From assembly GCA_965250285.1 (NCBI GenBank), contig OZ252299.1, positions 608,001 through 672,000 on the forward strand: 64,000 nt of DNA, given 5' to 3'. This document shows positions 1-8,898 of this stretch, in pieces. The notes beneath the pieces are model-generated. The model had not been told where the DNA came from and searched no databases. It saw nothing but the letters and a program-made list of their open reading frames with translations. Origin of the DNA: Myxococcota bacterium. Its GTDB lineage: Bacteria > Myxococcota_A > UBA9160 > UBA4427. The translations under genes were made by a program, and so were the position numbers. Every line of letters begins with the position of its first letter. Positions within the stretch are counted from its first letter, which is position 1.

Positions 1-3000
1 TGGGGCAAGTACTCCACGCAGTTCTGGAACGACACGTCGCGCGCAGACGCCAACGACCCCCGCCCCGACTGCTTCGAGGGGACGGGCGGCTCGAACAACG
101 TGTCGCCCGACTGCCTCGCGCTGGCCGACTACGATCCCCGGTACGACCCGAACAACACGCTCGCCAACAACTACGGCACGTCGCAAGGTCGACTCGATGC
201 CCGCTTCATCAGCGACCTCAACCCGGCCTGGTTGAACTCGTACGACCCGACCCTGCGGTACGACCCGCGCAACGCACTCGAGCAGTCGCCGACCAACCTG
301 TCGGTGTTCAACTGGGTCTGCGCTTCGACCGTGGGCTTCAGCGAGCTCGACCCCTCGGCCTGCGCCACGACGGTCTTCAGCTCGCAGCGCTACTCGCGGG
401 GCGTGCAGAACCCGGTGTCGTATCTGCTCGCCGGCGTGATCAGCGGCTCGCAGAACATCAACGTGGCGCTCTCGGGGGCCAGCGCGAACGAGTCGCTCTC
501 GTACTTCACCAGCATCCCGCAGCTCATGGGCATCCCCTTCATGCGGCTGCACGTCGACACCATCGCCGAGGTCGACGACGAGGCGACACCCAACCTGAAC
601 GAGGCGCTCTTCACCTACGATCGCCGCGCCCAGTGGGCGGTCGAGACGGGTGTGGCCGGCGCGGCCGCCGACCTCGACCAGATGCTGATCCGCGCGCGTG
701 AGGGCGAGAGCTACAACTGCCTGTCGCGCGGCTTCACCCAGGCTTCGGCGCTCACCGGTCAGGCGGTGCTCTGCGGCGGCTATGCCTGGCGCGGCACGGG
801 CGTCGACACGCGCTCGCAGGTCGTCGGCCACATCTCGCGCGGGTTCGCGCCCGAGCAGGAGGCGCTGCTCGGCTGCGGGCCCTACTTCGGGACGAGCTGT
901 GACGCGAACGGCGTCGACCTGCTCTGGGCCGAGGGCAGCGCGCTGCTGCAGTCGGCGATCGGTAACGACTCGATTGGCATCGCCTTCAGCGATCTGGGCA
1001 TCCAGGATCTCGTGCCCGAGATCTACGGCGACCGGCTGATGGACAACGGCAGCATCCCGCTCGAGTACCGCACCGACGGCCGCGTGATCGGTGTCGATGG
1101 TCAGCTGATCCGCATCAACGAGACGACGGGGCTGCCCGAGCTCGGCACCGCCGAGGGCGCGGCGACGGGCTTCGTCGGTCGAAACGGCCAGGCGATCGGT
1201 CATGACGGCAACGACTGCAATCTGACGTACGAGCCGTTCAATGTCGATCCGACCACGCAGGAGCAGCGCCTGCGGACGGCCGCCGCCAACCGCTTCAACT
1301 CGCGCTGCTGGGATCGCCGCGAGTACTTCGTGGTGAACGGCATCCAGCCGGGCACGTCGGCCTTCGAGATCCAGGGGCTCGGCGGGCCGAAGTGCACGAC
1401 CGCCGACATCGGCGGGCCGCAGGGCGCCTCGGGCATCCTGCCCGGCTGCCGCAACAAGTGGGCAACGATCCGCTACAACCGCGTGCTGCAGCCGGGCGAG
1501 GGCGAGTACCACCCGAACAACCCGCTCGCCGAGTACGTCGGCAACAACTATCTCGGTACGGTGGGCGACCCGACCGGGCAGCGCACCGACTACCAGCAGA
1601 TCGACCTCGCGGCCCAGTTTGGCTGGTGCCCGGCAAGCGACCCCGACTGCAACGTAAACGCCCCCGACGGCCGGCTGGTGACGCTGACGGGTGGCCAGGT
1701 CGATCCCACGGGTCGCGCGACCACGGGTTCGGGTCTCAACTGGGGCGTGTACTCGCCCGGCCAGGTGCCCGGCTGCGACGTCGCGGGCTCCGAGGACGAT
1801 CCCCGCTGCTACCTCGCCGGCTGGGTGCAGACCACCGACGGCGACCCCGACCGACTGGGCGTGCTCTTCCCCGACGAGGGCGCGATCGACTTTCCGCAGG
1901 TCTTCCAGGCGACCGGCGGCTTCGACTTCGGCACCGGGCCCGAGGATCTCGGCACCTGGGTCACGAACATCGTGCAGCGCGACTACGTGAACATTCGCGC
2001 CGGCACGCCCTTCGGCGCCGATCCGTCGGGCTGCACCGAGATGCAGGCCTGGGTCTGGATGCAGCGCGTCGCCGACGAGCACGGCGGCGGCTACATCAAC
2101 CACGCCGAATGTACGTCGGTCAAGACGGGCATCGGGGCGGGCCATCCCTTCACCGGTGAGAGCTGGTCGAGCGAGGTCGCGGGCCTCTCCTTCAACTTCA
2201 TGATGCTGCTGGTCGCCTTCTCGCCCGAGTTCGCCGACGGCATCGCGAGCGTGCGCGGCTTCGTCGACCCCGCGACGTACGACGCGAAGCTCTACTCGGA
2301 CCAGCCGCTGACGTCGGACGACGCGAACTTCGATCGGCGCGACAGCGTGGCCGAGTCGGGCATCGACGATCAGCTGTTGCCGTGCCCGGTGACGGAGACG
2401 AACTGCAGCCGCCTGCAGCGCGACCCCGATCTGCCGAACGTGCTCGACGTCTTTCCCGATCTGAAGTGGTACGAGCAGCAGTCGCCCTGGGCCTTCCGCG
2501 AGAACGCGGCCCGGCGCCTTCGCCTCGGCACGTCGGCGGGGCAGAACATCGACGCGATCGGCGCGGGCGCCGCCGAGATCGCGCGCGGCTCGGACGGCAA
2601 GATCTTCAGCCAGGGCGAGAACGGCGGGCGACACCGCTGGCGCGGCCTGATCCACACCATGCTCTGGGACTACGCCTTCACGGGCAGCGAAAACCAGCTC
2701 ATGGCGTTGATCCCGAAGTGCACCGACGAGCGGGCCACCCAGGCGCGCATGATCCAGGGCAGCGTCAAGTTCGTGAACCCGTCGCGCATCGACTGCCGCG
2801 AGGGCTCGGCAGGTGAGACGCTCGGCAGCGAGCGCTGCACCTTCGTCACGCCGCAGCACTGCTCGCTGGTGCAGGCGCTGTACAGCGTGGCCGGTCAGAA
2901 GCGCAACATCATGCGCGCGGGCGGCAACGGCACCTTCGGTCGCCGGACGATGCAGTGGCAGTCGGGCAGCGAGGTCTACCTGAGCTATGAGAAGCGCAAC

Positions 3001-3588
3001 GTGCTCGGCTTCTCGATGGACTTCGCGGAGGACTTCACGAAATCGAATTGGTCGACCGAGTTCACGTTCATCAAGGGCATCCCGACGGCCGACGCGAACT
3101 CGTACGAGCTGAACACCCGCACCGATACCTACAACCTGACGGTCTCGGTGGATCGACCGACCTTCGTCAACTTCCTGAACTCGAACCGCACGATCTTCAT
3201 CAACTCGCAGTGGTTCTTCCAGTACCGCAGCAACTACAACAGCGGCATGGGCCCGAACGGGCCGTGGAACACGCTGGCGACGCTGTCGGCCTTCACGGGC
3301 TACTTCCAGGATCGCCTCAACCCGGCCATCACCGGCGTGTACGACTTCCGGTCGCGCTCGGGCGCGGCGCTGCCGTCGATCAACTACCGCTTCAGCGAGG
3401 CGTTCTCGATCACGGTCGGCGCGTCGATCTTCTTCGGTCGACAGCAGCTGCAGCCGATGCAGGTGAACCCGATCGGGCCTGCGATCGAGCGCGGCGGCGT
3501 GACCCCGTATCAGGACGGCTTCTTCGGCGGTCTGTCGCTGATCAAGGATCGCGACGAGGTCTACATGACGCTGCGGTACACGTTCTGA
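1..3588 (+). CDS. Very large DUF1302-like outer-membrane protein with Cys-rich insertions (5'-truncated by window)
   Basis: Frame is open from base 1 (WGKYSTQFW...) and continuous with ORF 100..3588. C-terminal amphipathic strands (YEKRNVLGFSMDF...GYFQDRLNP...DRDEVYMTLRYTF) end in an aromatic BAM signal. Family assignment is from recall. Confidence 0.6.
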   Translation, partial: WGKYSTQFWNDTSRADANDPRPDCFEGTGGSNNVSPDCLALADYDPRYDPNNTLANNYGTSQGRLDARFISDLNPAWLNSYDPTLRYDPRNALEQSPTNLSVFNWVCASTVGFSELDPSACATTVFSSQRYSRGVQNPVSYLLAGVISGSQNINVALSGASANESLSYFTSIPQLMGIPFMRLHVDTIAEVDDEATPNLNEALFTYDRRAQWAVETGVAGAAADLDQMLIRAREGESYNCLSRGFTQASALTGQAVLCGGYAWRGTGVDTRSQVVGHISRGFAPEQEALLGCGPYFGTSCDANGVDLLWAEGSALLQSAIGNDSIGIAFSDLGIQDLVPEIYGDRLMDNGSIPLEYRTDGRVIGVDGQLIRINETTGLPELGTAEGAATGFVGRNGQAIGHDGNDCNLTYEPFNVDPTTQEQRLRTAAANRFNSRCWDRREYFVVNGIQPGTSAFEIQGLGGPKCTTADIGGPQGASGILPGCRNKWATIRYNRVLQPGEGEYHPNNPLAEYVGNNYLGTVGDPTGQRTDYQQIDLAAQFGWCPASDPDCNVNAPDGRLVTLTGGQVDPTGRATTGSGLNWGVYSPGQVPGCDVAGSEDDPRCYLAGWVQTTDGDPDRLGVLFPDEGAIDFPQVFQATGGFDFGTGPEDLGTWVTNIVQRDYVNIRAGTPFGADPSGCTEMQAWVWMQRVADEHGGGYINHAECTSVKTGIGAGHPFTGESWSSEVAGLSFNFMMLLVAFSPEFADGIASVRGFVDPATYDAKLYSDQPLTSDDANFDRRDSVAESGIDDQLLPCPVTETNCSRLQRDPDLPNVLDVFPDLKWYEQQSPWAFRENAARRLRLGTSAGQNIDAIGAGAAEIARGSDGKIFSQGENGGRHRWRGLIHTMLWDYAFTGSENQLMALIPKCTDERATQARMIQGSVKFVNPSRIDCREGSAGETLGSERCTFVTPQHCSLVQALYSVAGQKRNIMRAGGNGTFGRRTMQWQSGSEVYLSYEKRNVLGFSMDFAEDFTKSNWSTEFTFIKGIPTADANSYELNTRTDTYNLTVSVDRPTFVNFLNSNRTIFINSQWFFQYRSNYNSGMGPNGPWNTLATLSAFTGYFQDRLNPAITGVYDFRSRSGAALPSINYRFSEAFSITVGASIFFGRQQLQPMQVNPIGPAIERGGVTPYQDGFFGGLSLIKDRDEVYMTLRYTF

Positions 3589-3611
3589 CGCCACCCCGAT
3601 CCGGATCGGCC

Positions 3612-3652
3612 CGCCCGCCCTCGCTGCCCGGCAGCGGGGGCGGGCGTCGTTT
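3612..3652 (+). terminator. GC hairpin terminator candidate
   Basis: cgcccgccctcgctgc / gcagcgggggcgggcg stem followed by tcgttt, just after the stop at 3588. Confidence 0.5.
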
Positions 3653-3812
3653 GCGGTGCCGCGAGAGGCGCGCGGAGGTCGTCTCGAGGGATGCTCTGCA
3701 GAACTCGCTCCACGCATGTTGGAACAGCTCTGGGCGGCGACCTCGATGACGCGATGCGACCCAAACCGATGCCACCAGAAGCGAGTGCTGCGCACCAACC
3801 GAAGCGTCCCGA

Positions 3813-3930
3813 GGCCGGGGCAGGCGGGGGTACCGCGCGCAGTTCGCAGGCGCGCTGGGTGCAGCATGCGAGTTTCCCTGATGGGTCGCGCCGAGAATGT
3901 CTGAGCACGGTGCCCCCGCCTGCCCCGGCC
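3813..3930. repeat. 26-bp inverted repeat with ~66-nt spacer
   Basis: ggccggggcaggcgggggtaccgcgc (3813-3838) vs gcacggtgcccccgcctgccccggcc (3905-3930), 2 mismatches. Confidence 0.8.
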
Positions 3931-4030
3931 CTGGCACGGCAGACCGGGCAGAGGTTCCCTATCGGGACCGGGGGACGCGCGCGCGGGGTCGTCTCTTTGC
4001 GGGGCCGGGTGACGCGCGCGGCGGTCGTCG

Positions 4031-5518
4031 TCAGCGGCCGCGCAGCAGCGAGTCGGACGACATCAGCTGCCGCCGATCGTCGTCGCTCCAGGGCAGGCTG
4101 CGCACGTCGAAGCTCTCGCGGATCCATCCCCCCTCGCCATCGAGGGCGTTGAAGAACGCGGCGGCCACCGGCTCGAGCACGTGGGCCTGGCTGCCGCCCG
4201 GCCACTCGGGGTACTGGGGGATGTCATCGCTGTAGCGGTGGGCGAAGACACCGATCTCGACGAGGCGGCGTCGGTCGGTGCGTGAGATCCAGTAGAGCGG
4301 GTGCTGGGTCTGTTCGTCGAGATAGATCGTGATCGTGCGGATCGTCTCGTTCTTGCGCTTGAGCGCGCCCTCGATCACGACCGCCGAGCGTACGTCCCAG
4401 CGGTCGCTCGCGAGAGAGAGCCCCGAGTAGCCGTAGAGCCGCTCTTCCTCGATCGGATAGCCCGACTGATTGCTGTTGATCGGCGCGATGACGACGGTGC
4501 GGCCGCGCACGCGCCAGACGAACGCGTTGGGGCGAAGCTCGAGCCCCGTGAAGCCGATGCGCGCGTCCTCGGTCTCGCCGATGTTGATGCCGGCGCCGGG
4601 GTTCACCGCGCCGGTGCCCACCGCGATGCCCCCGCCTCCGGACTGGCCCGACCACGTGAACCTCGGCGTATAGAAGCCGTCGACCCAGTTCGTTGCGGCC
4701 CGGCGCACCTTCCGCATCGACGGCACGTAGACGAAGATGTCGTCGGGCTCTTCCCAGCGCCGCGCGCTCTTCTCGACGCGGTACTGGCGCCAGGCGAGGC
4801 CGCGGGCGGCGAAGGGGTGGCTGAACGATCCCGCGCCCACCCAGAGCCGATCCTTCGCCTCGGGTACGGCATAGCCCTGCTCCCACAGATCGGCGCGCTC
4901 CTTCAGCTTGAGCAGGCTGAACTCGCCGCGATAGGTCTGGGTGCGGCCGAGGCCGCTCGCGTGGCTGCGAATGCGCATGCGACCGCGATGGCCCGCCCCG
5001 CGGTAGCGCTTCTCGAAGTTCCAGGCCCAGCGCAGGCCCGCGGTGCTGTCGTCGTCGGCGAACGTGTCGGGGGGGAAGGGCTGGCCCGCCGTGTAGTTCT
5101 CGAGGTTGCCGTGCTTGTCGAGCTTCGGCTGCCCCTTGAACTGCTCGGTCGCCGAGCGGTAGGCCTTCGGGATGATGAAGCGGCGGTGGCACGGGCCGAT
5201 CTCCATCTGCATGCCTTCGAAGAAGAAGACCTCGCGGAACTTCCACAGCTCGGAGGGAAGCAGGGTGCGCAGCGCGAGCAGTGAATCCTTGTCGATCGTC
5301 ATGCCGGGCTCGATGACGACCGGGGCGGCGTCCTCTTGCGTCTGCCCGTCTTCGCTCGTCGCCTGAAGCGTGGGGCAGTCGCCCTCGTCGGGCGTCGCCG
5401 ACGCGGCCTGCGCCGCGAGCAGGGCCCACGCTGCGGCGAGGGCGGCACGCCAGAACGAAGAGCGGCGCGCGCATCGCCGGCGCGGCTGCGCAGCGAGTTG
5501 GGGGCGGGTCGTCGGCAC
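4031..5518 (-). CDS. DUF1329-like periplasmic protein (LolA-like lipid carrier family)
   Basis: GTG start after ggagga RBS; signal peptide (AAQAASA); motifs NYTAGQPFP, AGLRWAWN, DDIFVYVPSMRKVRR. Confidence 0.7.
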   Translation of the reverse strand: MPTTRPQLAAQPRRRCARRSSFWRAALAAAWALLAAQAASATPDEGDCPTLQATSEDGQTQEDAAPVVIEPGMTIDKDSLLALRTLLPSELWKFREVFFFEGMQMEIGPCHRRFIIPKAYRSATEQFKGQPKLDKHGNLENYTAGQPFPPDTFADDDSTAGLRWAWNFEKRYRGAGHRGRMRIRSHASGLGRTQTYRGEFSLLKLKERADLWEQGYAVPEAKDRLWVGAGSFSHPFAARGLAWRQYRVEKSARRWEEPDDIFVYVPSMRKVRRAATNWVDGFYTPRFTWSGQSGGGGIAVGTGAVNPGAGINIGETEDARIGFTGLELRPNAFVWRVRGRTVVIAPINSNQSGYPIEEERLYGYSGLSLASDRWDVRSAVVIEGALKRKNETIRTITIYLDEQTQHPLYWISRTDRRRLVEIGVFAHRYSDDIPQYPEWPGGSQAHVLEPVAAAFFNALDGEGGWIRESFDVRSLPWSDDDRRQLMSSDSLLRGR

Positions 5519-5731
5519 GGGCTCCTCCCGGGGTGCTTCGGCGCGCCTCGGCGCTCGGCGGACGAGCGAGTCTACCGGTCGCGGCGCGCCCGCGCGTGGG
5601 TGGCGGGGCAACCCTGCGGGCGTGACGCGAGGGCGGACGGGGGACGGGTCGAGGTTGCCCGCATGACGCGAGGGCGTGCCGGGTGGGTCGGGCTACCCTG
5701 CCGGGGCCTTCGAAGCGCCGGAGCCCAATCC

Positions 5732-6703
5732 ATGGCCAGAAGATCGATCGGTGTCCCGGTCACCGTCGGCACGGTCCTCATCGTGCTGGTGCTCGCGCTC
5801 GCCGTCGGCTGGCAGGTGCTCGTATGGACTGATTCCGGGCCCGACCCGGCCGCGCTGCCCCGCCTCGACTGGCTGCTGCTGGTGCTCGGCACGACGTTCT
5901 TCGCAGTGGTCATGATCGGTCTCGTCTGGCTCTGCACCTGGCTGGTCGCCGAGGTTCGCCTCAATCAGCGCCAGCGCGCGTTTCTCGACGCCGTGACCCA
6001 CGAGATGAAGACCCCGCTCGCGTCGGTTCGGCTCGGCCTCGAGACCCTCGATCGGCACAACCTCGACGAAGCGCGTCGGCACGACTTTCTGCGCAGCATG
6101 GGCGAAGACCTCGATCGCCTCGACGAGACGATCGCGCTCGTCCTGGCCGCAGCGCGGGCCGAGGAGCGAGGCCGGGGCGACTGGCGCCGACGCCCGGCCA
6201 TCGAGCTGGGGGACGTGATCGACGACTCGGTGCACGAGCTCGTCGAGCGCCACGGGCTACCGGCCTCGGCCGTCACGGTCGATCCGATCGCCCCGGTTCG
6301 CGTGCTCGGCGATCGCAGCGAGCTCTCGCTGATCTTCCGCAATCTGCTCGAGAATGCGTTCAAGTACTCGCGGGGTGAGCCGGCGATCCACGTGAGCGTG
6401 CAGCAGCCCTCCGAGGGCCGCGTTGCGATCGCGATCGGCGACGAGGGCATCGGGATCCCGCGCCACGAGCTGCGCAAGATCTTCAACCGCTTCTATCGTG
6501 CGGGGCGCGACGTGCAGAGGCAGGTGGCGGGGCTCGGCCTCGGGCTCTTCGTCGTGCGTGCCATGGTGCGCAAGCAGGGGGGGCGTGTGGTCGCCGAGAG
6601 CGAAGGAGCGGGCCAGGGCAGCCGCTTCGTCGTGACGTTGCGCACAGCAGCTCGCAGCGAGCGCAGCGCCAGCAGCATGCACCCGGCGCCCCACGCCGGC
6701 TGA
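5732..6703 (+). CDS. Sensor histidine kinase, 2 TM with short loop
   Basis: H-box AVTHEMKTPL, N-box NLLENAFKYS, G1 DEGIGIP, G2 GLGLGL. Confidence 0.92.
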   Translation: MARRSIGVPVTVGTVLIVLVLALAVGWQVLVWTDSGPDPAALPRLDWLLLVLGTTFFAVVMIGLVWLCTWLVAEVRLNQRQRAFLDAVTHEMKTPLASVRLGLETLDRHNLDEARRHDFLRSMGEDLDRLDETIALVLAAARAEERGRGDWRRRPAIELGDVIDDSVHELVERHGLPASAVTVDPIAPVRVLGDRSELSLIFRNLLENAFKYSRGEPAIHVSVQQPSEGRVAIAIGDEGIGIPRHELRKIFNRFYRAGRDVQRQVAGLGLGLFVVRAMVRKQGGRVVAESEGAGQGSRFVVTLRTAARSERSASSMHPAPHAG

Positions 6704-6735
6704 GGGCTTCGAGGCCCGCGAGGAAGACGTCGCAC

Positions 6736-7437
6736 GTGTCCCACATCCTGATCGTCGAAGACGAGGCCCACATCGCCGAGGGTCTCCGCTTCAATCTCGA
6801 GGCCGAGGGCTACGCGGTCGACGTCGTCGGCGATGGCCGGGCCGCGACCGAGGAGCTGGCGCGCGAGGATTGCGACGTCGATCTGGTGATCCTCGACCTG
6901 ATGCTGCCCGAGATGAACGGCTTCGAGGTGGCGCGGCGGATGCGGGCCGCGGGCAACTACGCGTCGATCCTCATGTTGACGGCGCTCGATGGCTCGGCCG
7001 ACGTGGTGCGGGGGCTCGAAGAGGGCGCCGACGACTATCTGACGAAGCCGTTTCGTCTCGAAGAGCTGCTCGCGCGCGTACGGGGGCTGCTGCGTCGTCG
7101 TCGCTGGGACGGCGTCGACGACGCGCCCGACAAGCCGCGGGTGGTCGAGTTCGGCGAGGCGAAGCTGCACCTCGATCGTTTCGAGCTCGAGACGCAGGGC
7201 GAGACGATTCGCCTCACGACGCGCGAGATGGGGCTGCTCCGCGCGTTGATCGAGCGTGAGGGTGAGGTCGTGACGCGGGGCGAACTGCTCGAAGAGGTCT
7301 GGGGTTTGCGCCCCGATACGCGAACCCGCGTCATCGACAGCTTCATCGTGCGGCTGCGTCGTTACATCGAGACCGACCCGGCACGGCCGCGACACATCGT
7401 GTCGGTTCGTGGCCACGGCTACCGCTTTCAGAGATAG
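6736..7437 (+). CDS. OmpR/PhoB-family response regulator
   Basis: ILIVEDE, LDLMLP, GADDYLTKPF receiver motifs plus winged-helix VRGHGYRF. Confidence 0.95.
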   Translation: MSHILIVEDEAHIAEGLRFNLEAEGYAVDVVGDGRAATEELAREDCDVDLVILDLMLPEMNGFEVARRMRAAGNYASILMLTALDGSADVVRGLEEGADDYLTKPFRLEELLARVRGLLRRRRWDGVDDAPDKPRVVEFGEAKLHLDRFELETQGETIRLTTREMGLLRALIEREGEVVTRGELLEEVWGLRPDTRTRVIDSFIVRLRRYIETDPARPRHIVSVRGHGYRFQR

Positions 7438-7494
7438 CGTCGACCGCGGTGCCACCCGACGACGCGCAGGCTTCGACTTTCGTACCCGCTGTGC

Positions 7495-8337
7495 GTGACA
7501 CGACGTTCGCACATCGGCCCTTGTGGCGTCGACGGAGAACGTGCCACTCTTTCTGTCGTGGACTCACCGCTTCGGTTTCACGTGCGCCCCGAGCTCGATC
7601 GTCCCTGGCTGCTTCTCGCCTTCGAAGGCTGGAACGACGCCGGTGAGGCGGGGACGACGGCGCTTCGGTACGTCTCGGATTCGATGCGCTCGGTGCCGCT
7701 GGCCGACGTCGATCCCGACGAGTTCTACGACTTCACCGTGCGTCGACCGCTCGTCTCGATCGATGACGAAGGCGAGCGCCATGTCGATTGGCCCGCGACC
7801 GAGTTTCGCTACGGCACGCTCGTCGATGGCCGCGAGCTGGTCATCGGCGTCGGGGTCGAGCCGCACTTCCGGTGGCGCCGGTACTGCGACGCCGTGGTCG
7901 ATCTCGCGCTCGACATGGGAGTTCAGCAGGTCGCGCTCGTCGGCGGGTACCTCGCCGACGTGGTGTACAGCCAGCCCGTCGCGTTGACCGGTCTGGCGAC
8001 GGAGCCCGTCGACCTCGAAGCGCTCGGTGTGTCGACGTCACGCTACGAGGGGCCGATCGGCATCCTCGGCGTGCTCGACGAGCGGCTCCGGCGTGAAGGC
8101 CTCTCGGTCACGAGCATCTGGGCCGGCTTGCCGCACTACATCGACGCCTCTCCCAACCCGCGCGGTGCACTCGCCCTCGTGCACAAGCTCGGCGAGCTGG
8201 TCGAGATGGAGGTCGACGACGCGGCGCTTCGGCTCGAAGCGGCCGAGTTCGAAGAGCGGGTATCGAAGGTCGTGGCTGCGGATGCAGAGCTCGCGGACTA
8301 CGTGCGGCGGCTGAAGAAGCGGGAGTTTGCGCAGTAG
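7495..8337 (+). CDS. PAC2 family (proteasome assembly chaperone-like) protein
   Basis: AFEGWNDAGEA, DPDEFYDF..RP, GVEPHFRW, YEGPIG, WAGLPHY motifs; start may be GTG 7558. Confidence 0.85.
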   Translation: MTRRSHIGPCGVDGERATLSVVDSPLRFHVRPELDRPWLLLAFEGWNDAGEAGTTALRYVSDSMRSVPLADVDPDEFYDFTVRRPLVSIDDEGERHVDWPATEFRYGTLVDGRELVIGVGVEPHFRWRRYCDAVVDLALDMGVQQVALVGGYLADVVYSQPVALTGLATEPVDLEALGVSTSRYEGPIGILGVLDERLRREGLSVTSIWAGLPHYIDASPNPRGALALVHKLGELVEMEVDDAALRLEAAEFEERVSKVVAADAELADYVRRLKKREFAQ

Positions 8338-8374
8338 CGGTTTCGCGTGCGCGTGGACGTGAGCGGTTGCTCGG

Positions 8375-8508
8375 TTCGCGTTTTCGGGGTGTCGTCCTCA
8401 GATTCCGGCGGGCCCGTTCTGCCGAAACGATTCGCATCTGCTCGTTTGGTGCCGCTTGGGTTGGGCTGGCCCGCCTTCAACTTGCGGGCGCCACCCCGAA
8501 AACGCGAA
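8375..8508 (+). repeat. Hairpin repeat element, copy A (134 bp)
   Basis: Perfect 17-bp terminal IR ttcgcgttttcggggtg/caccccgaaaacgcgaa; conserved cgtcctcaga and acttgcgggcg motifs. Confidence 0.9.
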
Positions 8509-8741
8509 GCGTCGATCGAGTGGCCGCGTGCTTGCTTGGAGAGGGGGGCTCGTCGCGGCCTGGCGGGCCGCGGCTCGCCGCTCTTGCAACGCCCCCGTCG
8601 AGATCGAACCACTCCGCGCGTGCGAGCTTGGCCAAAGCAACGCGAACCAACGGGGGACGAGGCCTGAAGGCCGAGGCCCCGCTCCCAACCAAAGAGAATG
8701 GGGGGCGCACCGCTTCTGGGATCGAGTCCCACGGCGCGTCT

Positions 8742-8875
8742 CGGGTTTTCGAGGGGGGCGCCCGCAAGTTGGAGGCGGGCGCCAAAGCAGCTCAAGTGTT
8801 GCGGCCCAGGCGAAAGCGCCCCAATCCCGTACAGCCAGCCCGCCGGAATCTGAGGACGCCCCCCTCGAAAACCCG
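8742..8875 (-). repeat. Hairpin repeat element, copy B (134 bp, inverted relative to A)
   Basis: Reverse complement reads cgggttttcgaggggggcgtcctcagattccggcgggc...gcccgcctccaacttgcgggcgcccccctcgaaaacccg. Confidence 0.9.
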
Positions 8876-8898
8876 CCCGGGCACAACCTTCGAACGAG

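Noticed and set aside
8375..8875. CRISPR array or integron cassette array interpretation of the repeats
   Set aside because: Copies are inverted or dispersed rather than tandem; no cas or intI gene and no attC RYYYAAC/GTTRRRY ends.
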